Shown one piece after another: positions 1-11,729 of a DNA stretch of 64,000 nt. Source of the DNA: Phaeosaccion multiseriatum (Eukaryota > Protista > Ochrophyta, other classes); assembly GCA_965112735.1 (NCBI GenBank), contig OZ218950.1, positions 124,001-188,000 on the forward strand, given 5' to 3'. Numbering within the stretch: the stretch's first letter is position 1; every line of letters starts with the position of its first letter. The notes under the pieces were generated by a model. The model was not told where the DNA came from. It searched no databases and saw nothing but the letters and a program-made list of their open reading frames with translations. Made by a program: the position numbers and the translations under genes.

Positions 1-346
1 GTGAACATATATATTGGCATTTTTTTTACTGAGCCTTACCCTTAATTGCGGCTGAGCGGGTTGGAAGGTTGGAGTCATTAAATTGGAAGGGCGGCACGGT
101 GGGAGGGGGAATGAGCGGCCGAAGATCAAAAATAGAGAGGAGGGGCCCTTTTTGTCTGTGTGTGCTGTGCATTTTTCTTTTGAGTCGTTATCCGTTTTAG
201 TCACCCCCTCACCCCCGTCATTTCTCACGCCAATATTTTTTGTGTGCGCCTGCCCATACTTGTACCTGCTGCTGCTGCCTGCCTACCTGCCCACCCATAC
301 TACAGCAGGAACGCCAAAGAACGGGAGCAGGAGCGGCGGAGGCGTC

Positions 347-1461
347 ATGACCTCATTCCATAAGGACGTCTTCTCTCCCTTCGGCACACCGTCCAACAGC
401 GTCTTCTCACCCTCTCCCTCTCCATTCGGCACGCCCTCCAAGTACATCAACACTCTGGGAGGAGGGGGCGACAACAGCAACGACTCCATGGGCTGTTACC
501 CCATGGGCTTCAATCTCTCCTCCTCACTGACCGCCGTGAGTCACAGCACACCGCACAGCTCGCCCATCAAAGGTGACAAGACGCGAGAGGGAGAGCATGA
601 AGCCGGCAAGGGCGCCGGAGCAGAGGGAGGGAAGGGCATCTTCAAGTCCAAACACCTCGAGAATCTCGAGCAGGTCCGGCCTTCGCAGGTGCCTGCCTCC
701 GCCGAGCAGTCTCCGTGTCCTGGCACCACCGCCGGCCTGGAGCTGTCAAAGAACCGCGACGGGGAGCGCCGCCACTGGGGAGATCAGCTCAAGAGGGGAC
801 GTGAGGCAGGCTTTGATGATGATGATGGCAAGCCGGCAGGATCGGCAGCGACCGCACTTGAAGCAGCAACAGTGTTGCGAAGGGCAGCAACGACGGGCAG
901 TTTCACGCCATCGAAACAGGGGCAGAAGAGCGACGGCATTCTCCGCCGATCGTTCAGGAGCGGAGCGGCGTTCGGCTCTCCTCGCAGCGTGACTCTCTCG
1001 CCTCGCAGACCGATGCGCAAGGGCGGCGAGACCATCAAGCTGGAGGAGGGAGTGGAGAAGAGGGCACCACGCAAGACTGGGCATGGGCATGGGCATGCTC
1101 ATCTCAGTAACTGTGTTCACGAGAGCTTCGGCTCCCCATTCGCCTCCCCCCCGCGCTTACGCGACAAGAGAGAGAGCTTGGCTGGTAGCGGTAGCAGCGG
1201 CTGCAGCAGCAGCGACGACGCCGCCTCTGCCCTCGTTTCGCTCGCGACACCTGTCTCCACCCCGCCGCCGACGCCGCCCACGAGTAGCAACGCTGGTCGC
1301 ACTGGGGCAGTGAAGAGAGGCACAGAAGCAGGGCCCTCACCTCTGGGGCTGGACGTGGATGGAGCTTTCCTCATGGGCAGCTTGGGCGGTGGGGGAGGAG
1401 GGGAGTCGACGCCTGGCCGATCCAGCAGCGAGTCGTCCGCCTTCACTTCCTTCTTCAGCTC

Positions 1462-1492
<31 letters not shown>

Positions 1493-4400
1493 GGTTCACC
1501 GGGCATGAAGCACGTGCTGCCCGCCGGGCAGATGGAGCCGTCCTCCCTGCCCAGCCACGCACACCACCAGTTGCAGCAGCAGCAGCAACAGTTGCTGGCA
1601 CAGCAGCAGCAGCAGCAGCTGCAGCAGCTCCAGCAGCAGGGCGGCTGCCAGACACCCAAGGGCTGCCAGACGCCCAAGGGGGGCTGCCAGACGCCGGCCA
1701 TGGCCCTGACGCCATTCAAGCAGGATTACAACGCCTTCCACGATTGCGTCAAGAACGCCGACGTGGGTGGTGCGGGCACGGGCAGCAACTGCAGTGCTGG
1801 AGAGGCGCTCGTTGCCGCAGCAGCCGCGCTGGGGAGGGAGGGCGGCGACAGGAACGACAGGAACGACAGGAACGGTAACCACGTGGACGATCATGACGTC
1901 GTTCCCGTGACGCCGGGGAGGGGCGGGGGGAGGCAGGCATGCTCTGCAGTGTCCGCCGACTCGTCACCCTATCCCTTCCGTATGGGCCTCATGGGCTCTA
2001 CCTCCTCAGCGCCGTGCTCCTCTCTCCTTGCGGCCGCCGCGGTGACATCTACTGCCTTCCCTTCTTCTGCCAATGCCAACGGAGACGCTTCTTCTCCGGG
2101 TCCTGCTGGCGTTGGCGGCGGGGGCGAGTACCGCGCGACGAGCAAGGGAATGGGGATGGGGATGGACGCTGACGCCCTGAGCAGCTGGGGGCGAACCGAA
2201 GGCAGGGGACTCACCATTGGCATCACCTCGCATGCAGCAGCAGCAGGAGGAGGAGGAGGAGGGGCGGGAGAGGACTTGGGCTTGACCGAGGGCAATTTCC
2301 AAATGGCGCTCGGACCCAATTTCCCCATGTCTCCCACCGCAGGAGGGGGGCGCGGAGGCTCTGTCTACCACTTCCCCGAGGCGGCTCACCACGGCGACAC
2401 CGAGGAGGACGATGATGACGATGAGGACGAGGAAGAGCAGCACCAGGGGCGAGGGGGTGGTCACAGACGGCGCCGATACAACCAACGCCACCAGGAGGAG
2501 GAGGAGGAGAGCGAAGACGGCTCCGAGTATGACTCCGATGCGTCTGACTATTATGATGGAGGGAGGAGGGGCAGACGGGCGAACAAGAGGCCCAGAGCAC
2601 GGGCAGGAGGGGTGGCGAGGGGAAGGGTGGCGGGCAAGGGCAAGGCCTCCGCCAGGGGCAAGAAGGGTTCGCCCAAGAGCACTCCGCAGAAGCGAAAGGG
2701 CTCGAGTGCTGCCAAGAAGGGCGTCAAGGGAGGCGCCTCCACAGGGGCAGGGGCGAGTGCAGGGGGGCTGGCAGAGGCGGTAGCAGCGGCAGCGGAGTCT
2801 GTAGGGAACGATGGAACGCCGCCTTGCCGAGGATCGTCGCGCAAGGGCAGGCGAAGTAAGGGCGGCAAAGGGAAGGGGGGAAGGGTCTTCGTCGATGACG
2901 CTGACATGGAGACCCCACCCGCGCGCAAGGGCCGAGGCGGCAAGGGGGGCAGGGGCGGCAGGGGAGGAGGAGGTACGCTGCACGCCGACCTTGTGGCGCC
3001 CTCTCCCTCGTCTCCTCGCACCCCGGGGGGGGGCAGCGGGCTTGTGGCCATGTGCGACAGCGACAACACTCCCGAAGTGGGGTCGAGGGTCGGGGTCAAG
3101 GGAGGAGGGAGGGGGGGGGGGTCGAGCCCCAGCTCTCCGGCGGCGGAGCAGCGTTGCAAGTGCAAGAAGTCTCGCTGCCTCAAGCTGTACTGCGACTGCT
3201 TCGCCCACAGCGTGTTGTGCGACCCTTCGCGATGCCAGTGTAAGGACTGCGACAACAACGACAATTCGAAGGAGTCCAGCACGAAGCGCTCCAAGGCCGT
3301 GGCCGTATGCAGGGAGCGCAACCCAGACGCCTTCACCAGCAAGCTCGTTCGACAAGTGAGTGCGCACGCGTGTGTCTCTCGTGCATGTGTATTTCTGCGA
3401 CAGTTACAGTTCTGCTGCTATTTTTCTTTCTCCTTCCTTTTTTTTTTTTACTGTTTGAAAGCGACGTGTCGTGCCAGCAACCGAATCCTTAACTCCCTCT
3501 CTCTCTCTCTGTCTCTGTCTCTTCCTCCCTCCCTCTCTCTGTCTCTGTCTCTGTCTCTTCCTCCCTCCCTCTCTCTCTGTCTGTCTCTGTCTCTTCCTCC
3601 CTTACTGCAGTCTCAAGGCGACGAGGGCAAGCTTCTGCACAAGACAGGCTGTAACTGTAAGAAGAGCGCCTGCCTCAAGAAGTACTGCGAATGCTTCAGC
3701 GGGGGCACCATCTGCTCCGCCAAGTGTAACTGTCAAGGCTGCGAGAACTACGAGGGGTCTGTGCGAAGGGAGCACCTCGTCAGAAACGGTCCACAGAGAA
3801 GGATCCGCTCGGCGTCGGCAGCGGCGGCAGCGGCGGTGGTCAATGCGAAAGTCGACGCCGCCGTGAAGCGCCAGGTCAACGCTCAGGCGGAGGCGGTGGT
3901 TGCTGATGTGACTGGAGACGCCCCCATCCCGCCGTCCCTCCCTGTGCCGCCGCAGCTCATGACCAGCAACGCTTCGCTAAGCAGCGCTCTGGTGCCCGGT
4001 GTGAGTGGGCAGGAGGAGAAACAGGCAGAGGAGGAAAAGGAGGGGGCGGGAGGGGGCAGAGGGGGGCATGGACAAGGCGCGGCAGCGTCCCCTATGAACC
4101 CAATGCAGGTGGAGCAGCAGCTGCAGAGCCAGCTTCAGCAAGCAGGCACACCCTCCACGCCTACTGCGGCAAGGGGCGCTTCCCCCGGGGTGGGGTTGTT
4201 CGGCCAGCAGACGCAGCAGGAGCAGCAGGGGCAGGAGGATAGGCAGATGCCCACCACACCCAACGTACACGTCCTGTCGAGGTCCGGGGGGAGAGAGCTC
4301 ACTTCCCCTTCCGGAGGAGGAGGAGGAGGAGGAGGAGGAGGAGGAGGAGGAGGAGGAGCAGGCGGACAGTCGGGGTTTGCCCCAGGCACCCCGCACCTGG

Positions 4401-4915
4401 CCGCCAGTGCCCCTACCCCCCCCCTCCATCAGGTCTACCACCGCGAAGGGTTCGCATCACCCGCGCTGATGGCGACGTCCAGTGCTGTGAGTGGTGCGAC
4501 TGCTCCTGCTCCTCTGGATGCGGAGGATAACAGCTCACTCCTGCACGCAGCTGGTGCTCCGGGGGCACCCGCCTTCGCAGCGACGGCAGCAGGAGGAGCG
4601 GCAGCAGGAGGAGCGGCAGCAGGAGGAGCAGCAGCAGCTGGAGGAGGAGGAGGAGGAGGAGGAGCGGCGCAACTTCGGCAAGGAGGAGCGCCTTCGTCTC
4701 CCTTCGTGCTCTTCTGTGCCGAGTCTCCGATGGCGGCCTCTCCAGGGGGGGGGCTCTCCAGAGGAGGAGGAGGAGGAGGAGGAGGAAGGGGGGGGATGGC
4801 AGCAGACGGAGGGGGTCACCACCACCCCGCCCCTCTGTCCTCCTCTGCCCGCCAATCGGCCCGTCTCGTGAGCGTGACTCGGCAGAAAGGGGGCCCAGCG
4901 GGGCTCTTGGGGTAG
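347..4915 (+). CDS. CRC/CXC-domain (Tesmin/TSO1/LIN54-like) DNA-binding protein
   Basis: Two CXC motifs (CKCKKSRCLKLYCDCF...C-C-CDN and GCNCKKSACLKKYCECF...C-C-CEN) joined by the RNPDAF linker. A GT-AG intron at 3356-3610 (CT-rich) separates them. Likely ATG at 347; an upstream exon cannot be excluded. Confidence 0.85.
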
Positions 4916-5901
4916 TTAAATGCCGCCCCGTGGCTGTGAATATGCATACGTACAATATAAGGAGGGGGTGATGTAGCGAGACATGAAATGCACACATGAC
5001 AAATCTTAGAAGGGGGGAGGGGTGATACAATAACATCAGTAATATGGCGGGGGCAAGGGAGTGACATTACAATGATAACTTGTCACGAATGGAGGCGGCG
5101 CGTCGTTGGCCGTCGAGCCCTTCGGCAGGGAGGGGCATGCGGACCAGGAGGGAGTGCAGGCAGAGGCGGGCAGCTCCATGAGGGGAGGGTAGTGGCCCTT
5201 CATCTCAAGCCAAGCCAAGCCAAGCCAAGAAGAAGAGGGAGGGATAGAGTGGTCGAGGAAAAAGTTTGTGTCTCAAGAGCGGCAGCTTGCTTCCTTGCCT
5301 GTCCCTTTCTTGTCTGTTGAGGCCCGGCCACGACCGAGGGGGGGGTATTTTTCCCTTTCATTATGTTCAATACTATAAACCTAATGACGTGTTCGTTTTT
5401 AAAAGTGAAGTTATCGCTCTTCCCCTTTCTTGGCTGGCCATGCCCTTGGCACAGCCGCGCCCCTCTTTTGTGAAGAGCAACTGGCCACGCCTCCCGTGCA
5501 GGGGATACACAGATGCAGCCTCCTGTCCGAGTGAGTGGCTGAGTGTGCGTGTGTTCTGCATGTGCGTGTGAGGTAACGGCCAAAGCGTGCTACGCCTGCG
5601 TGTCCCCCTCCTCGCGTGATACACACAAAAAATGCCCCACCAAAACTGTTGAGCCCTACTTCCCTCGCCCCCTACGTACATCTATACTTCTACAGTCAAC
5701 CCTCCTTCCGCTTCCCATCCATCCATCCATCCATCCATCTATGTACTAACGACAAAAGTTGGCGTGCCAGCGAACAACACACTCTCACATGTGATGCAGA
5801 TAGAGACACCACAGCCTTCGTCGCTGCTGAGAGACGAGACCAAAGTCATCGCCCCTCCACCCCTTCTCCCTCCCTCTCCCTCCCTCCTCCCTCCCCCTCC
5901 A

Positions 5902-6000
5902 CCTCCTCCTCCTCCTCCTCCTCCTCCTCCTCCTCCTCCTCCTCCTCCTCCTCCTCCTCCTCCTCCTCCTCCTCCTCCTCCTCCTCCTCCTCCTCCTCCT
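5902..6000. repeat. (CCT)n microsatellite
   Basis: About 33 uninterrupted CCT units, intergenic. Confidence 0.95.
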
Positions 6001-6066
6001 CCCCTTCCGACCACTCATCCCTGAGGGTGTTCCCACGGGCTCGACCTCGGGGCAGGGACGTCGATG

Positions 6067-6516
6067 GTCTCCCCAACGTAAGCAGAGCCCAGCTGCGAAG
6101 CCCAGCCCCCCACTCCGAGCAATGTGCGTTCGTGCAACACCGTGAGGTCGGTTGCGGTACACCTATCTCAGTGGAGCGACAACCTCGTGATCAGACTGGT
6201 CCGGATCTCACGGCCTACCCACGAGGCGGTGCTGCACGGTGTTGCACGAACGCACATTGCTCGGAGTGGGGGGCTGGGCTTTGCAGCTGGGCTCTGCTTA
6301 CGTTGGGGAGACGTAAGCAGAGCCCAGCTGCGAAGCCCAGCCCCCAACTCCGAGCAATGTGCGTTCGTGCAACACCGTGCAGCACCGCCTCGTGGGTAGG
6401 CCGTGAGATCCGGACCAGTCTGATCATGAGGTTGTCGCACCACTGAGGTCGGTTGCGGTACACCTACCTCAGTGGAGCGACAATCTCGTGATCAGACTGG
6501 TCCGGATCTCACGGCC
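6067..6516. repeat. Serial inverted/direct repeat (nested palindromes, 301-nt period)
   Basis: Arms 6167-6303 / 6311-6447 are near-perfect reverse complements. Arms 6399-6449 / 6466-6516 form a second palindrome. 6143-6215 is directly repeated at 6444-6516, and 6067-6144 is an inverted copy of ~6236-6312. Confidence 0.92.
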
Positions 6517-7239
6517 TGTCTGAACATGGCACCCAAAACCTTTGACCTCCTGTTGGCCCCGATGGAAGGGGGAAATTGAACTCGACGCGGAGTCCTTTTT
6601 TTGGCTCAGGGGCCAGTTTTTGTACCCAATGGTACTGTACCCGTCTCGGGTCAGTAGCATTGGGTAAAGTGTCCCACTCCGCAGTAGCGTTGACATATAT
6701 TGTCCCATCACCCACTTCCCCTTTCCCGATCTATTGCGGTGGGGGTCGGCCTGGCACTGCACTGCCAGGGCCTCCTTCGCTGCCTGAACAGCCTGCTTAG
6801 CTACTGCCGCCTCCTTGCACCACGTCGTGCACCTCATACATCGCGGCAATGATGCTCCCGATGGAACCATCTTGGCCTGTGTTGAAAGGGGGAGGGTCAG
6901 GACGGAGAGGGTTTCGGTGTGTTGTCAAAGAATTGAAAGCGAGTGAGGGGCGCAGGGAGGCCATCTCTCCTTCCCCACGAAAGCCATGAGCACGAAATCT
7001 CTCCCTCTCCCTCTCCCTCTCCCCCCCCTTGACTCACGTGCTTCAAGACGCCTCTTCTGCTTCGCCAGCGCGGCCTTCACGGCCTCTTCCTCCTCTTCCT
7101 CCTTCGGCGTGCCCCCTCCCCCCCTCCTTCTCGAAGGCCTGCCCTGTGGAGCTTCGCTCTGGCCTCCTCCACCCCATCGGAGCTGCCATGGCTGCCTCCG
7201 CGGGCGCCTTCCACACAATTTGTACGACAAGGGCAATGG

Positions 7240-7321
7240 GGGTGAGGGTGAGAGTGAGGGCGAGAGAGTGAAGGTGAGGGTGAGGGTGAGGGTGAGAGTG
7301 AGGGTGAGAGTGAGGGTGTGG

Positions 7322-7352
<31 letters not shown>

Positions 7353-7357
7353 CGAGA

Positions 7358-7420
<63 letters not shown>

Positions 7421-7425
7421 CGAGT

Positions 7426-7458
<33 letters not shown>

Positions 7459-7489
7459 CGAAAGAGTGAGCGTGAGGGTGAGGGCGAGA

Positions 7490-7540
<51 letters not shown>

Positions 7541-7663
7541 CGACAGAGTGAGGGTGAGGGTGAGGGCGAGAGGGTGAGGGTGAGGGTGAGGGCGAGGGTG
7601 AGGGTGAGGGCGAGGGTAAGGGTGAGGGTGAGGGTGAGGGTGAGGATGAGGGTGAGGGCGAGA

Positions 7664-7726
<63 letters not shown>

Positions 7727-7757
7727 CGAGAGAGTGAGGGTGAGGGTGAGGGCGAGA

Positions 7758-7796
<39 letters not shown>

Positions 7797-7845
7797 CGAG
7801 AGAGTGAGGGTGAGGGTGAGAATGAGGGCGAAAGAGTGAGGGTGA

Positions 7846-7886
<41 letters not shown>

Positions 7887-7887
7887 A
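7240..7887 (+). repeat. (TGAGGG)n telomere-variant-like hexamer tract
   Basis: About 650 bp of GGGTGA units interrupted periodically by GGGCGAGAGAGTGA variants. Probably intronic. Confidence 0.93.
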
Positions 7888-8530
7888 ATGGGGGCAAGGA
7901 CCCACGAGGAGAAGGAGGAAGGGGCGTATGTCAGCGGCTTGGGGCGAACTTTGTGCTGTCGTCAAGTGCAACCCAAAAGAGAAAAGAGAAAGAAAATACA
8001 CACCCCCTTCACTCACGTGCTTCAAAACGCTTCTTCGCCTTCTCGTACGCCGCTGCGGCGTCGCTGATGGCCTTAGCGTCCGTCCGCATTCGCCTTCTCC
8101 AAGTCGTCGAGCTGCTTGCGGAGGTCCGCCACTTGCTGCCTGGAGCTGAGGCTCCGGATCGATCTCGAAGACCCGCCGGTGCTTCTCGTAGAGGAGGCTG
8201 GCTGCGTTTAGCTTCCTGACTAAGCAAGGCATCTTCCTCCTCGGGTGGGAGTGGATGTCCGTTGTTCTTCTGCTCCCGCGCGTCGTCCAGCTCCTTCTGG
8301 GCCTCAGTAAAGGCAGTCTTGGAGTTGAGGAGCAGATCCGCAGCCCCCGTGCGTCGGGAAAGGCCGCTGAAGCAGTACGGCCCCGCGTGTCGAATCCCGA
8401 AGAGCTCGACGTTCGAGTACTGGGACGGGTCCATCGCCCTATCACCACCCCTCATCCGGAGCGTCATGGCGTAGGTCTCAAACACGTTCTTGAACCACGC
8501 TTGAACGTCCTCGGAGGCGCCCCTCATCAC

Positions 8531-8713
8531 CAAGGCGAACACGGTCCTTATCCTCTTGGGGGTCTTGTCTCCCCAGCCAGAGTCGATTCTGTTGTGCGGG
8601 CGGGACGAATCGTCAGCTACTATGGCCAGCACGGGACGTCCCGCCCGCAGTACAGAATCGACTCTGGCTGGGGAGACAAGACCCCCAAGAGGATAAGGAC
8701 CGTGTTCGCCTTG
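8531..8713. repeat. Long inverted repeat (hairpin, 77-bp arms, 29-nt loop)
   Basis: 8531-8607 is the reverse complement of 8637-8713 with only a 2-3 nt difference. Confidence 0.92.
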
Positions 8714-9429
8714 CCCTTCCCTTTTCCCTTCCAACATTTTCTTCAACACTCCTCCTGATTTTGGGTTACGAGCAGGAGACCCAACTCCAGGTACCTTTTG
8801 TTCGGCCATCGGGCTGATATCGGCCCCATGCACGCCTAGCGGTTTGTTTTGCTCTAGGCCGCTAGGCCGCTCGGCCTTCGGCCGAAATAGGCCTAGGCCG
8901 GCGGCCTCCGGCCGCTCTAGGCCGCTCACTTTTCAGTCCATGTTGCACGAGAAGTGGGGGATGGAAGGGCATCGCTGCGGAGACGGCGCAACATTTGGGG
9001 TTCTAGACCTTGCGGTGGTGGTCGAAGAGGGGGGATAGGTGTATGGGATAATGGAAGGTCACGGGATAGGCATTGGGGATGTTGGAAGGCCTGTTGGAAG
9101 GTCACGGGATAGGCATTGCATTGGTCCTCCTGTCCTCCTCCTCCTCTCCTCCTGTCCAGGGGTGTATCCTCCTGTGACCTAAACCTCTTGACGAACGCTT
9201 TTCTCGTCTCATCGTCTTATCCTCGCTGCTCCCGTGCTGCTGCTGCTCCTTTTCTCTCCCTCGCTCCCTCTCTCCTCTCCCCCCCCCCCCCCCTCTCGCT
9301 CTCTCTCTCTCCCTTCCCCTCCCTCCCTCCCTCTCTCCTCTCTCGCTCGCTCCGTCTCTCCCCCACCCGTCTGTCTCCCACCCCCCCTCTCCCTGTGTGC
9401 CATGTACAAATCACCAGAGCAGAGCAGAC

Positions 9430-10880
<1,451 letters not shown>

Positions 10881-11078
10881 AGCAACAAGCCACCTGTATG
10901 AGGACCTATTCCACGCGCTATCTCACGAGGAAACCCACAGAGAGTAAGCCAGCAAGCCAGAAGAAGGAGAGCAAAGAAAAGGGAAAAGGTGATTATTTTA
11001 CGCCCTTCCTATGGGTGCGCGCCGCTGCCTAATAGTAACGCGAAATTGGACATCAGATGGCGATCGAGTCGTTCCTTC

Positions 11079-11686
11079 TCAGAGGGGCTTGGTCCAGGTG
11101 GTCTCCCTCGTCTTCTTGTTGTAGTAGTACGTCTTACCGCTGCCCTTGTCCACCACGGCCTTCCACTTGCCCTTGCCCTTGCCCTTGCCCTGGCCCTTAG
11201 CAAGAGGAGTCCCCTCTCCTGCAGCGGCTGCTTCATCCCTCACTCTCTTCTCCGCAGGGGCTGCTTCATCCCTCACTCTCTTCTCCGCAGCGGCTGCCGC
11301 GGCCTGCACAGCTGAAGCATCTCCCCCAGCAGCGGCGGCAGCGGTGGCAGCGGCGGCGGCGGCAGCAGCGGCGGCGGCAAGCGTAGCAGCAGCAGTTGGT
11401 GATACAGCAGCAGCGATGTTGGTCGGAGCTTGAGGAGAGGCACCTTGCGCCGCTGTTTCAGCTTTGGCGACGCTTGCGCCGGGTGTAGCAACAACAGGCG
11501 CACCAGCAGCAGGGGCTGGAGCCGGCGATAACAGCGTCGAATCGGTTGCCACGGATATCCCCACGGCAGCAGCACCGGCATCAGGTGCAGCACCGGCATC
11601 GGCACCAGGTGCAGCACCGGCATCGGCCGCCTCCTCCGTCGTGGGCCCATTCGTAGTCGCATTTAGATGCTCCTGCTGTATCACCA

Positions 11687-11729
<43 letters not shown>

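Larger units (their letters stand above)
6520..8810 (-). pseudogene. Degraded orphan multi-exon gene or mobile-element relic
   Basis: Protein-like ORF segments on the minus strand (8929-8009, ~7230-7038, 6877-6510). Two similar exon ends (..KRFEA|gtgagt and ..RRLEA|gtgagt) and apparent frameshifts. No recognisable domain. Confidence 0.3.

Noticed and set aside
3356-3610. Stop-free in-frame introns (255 bp here, 258 bp at 19652-19909) making ORFs look continuous
   Set aside because: Canonical GT-AG ends with pyrimidine or repeat content. Open frames are common in GC-rich repeats, so there is no evidence of functional retention.
6067-6516. Hammerhead ribozyme in the rod repeat
   Set aside because: The closest match CTGATCA lacks the CUGANGA core and no correctly placed GAAA was found.
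11395-11405. Similarity of TATCACC to the phage lambda operator half-site
   Set aside because: A seven-base coincidence with no operator symmetry or phage sequence.
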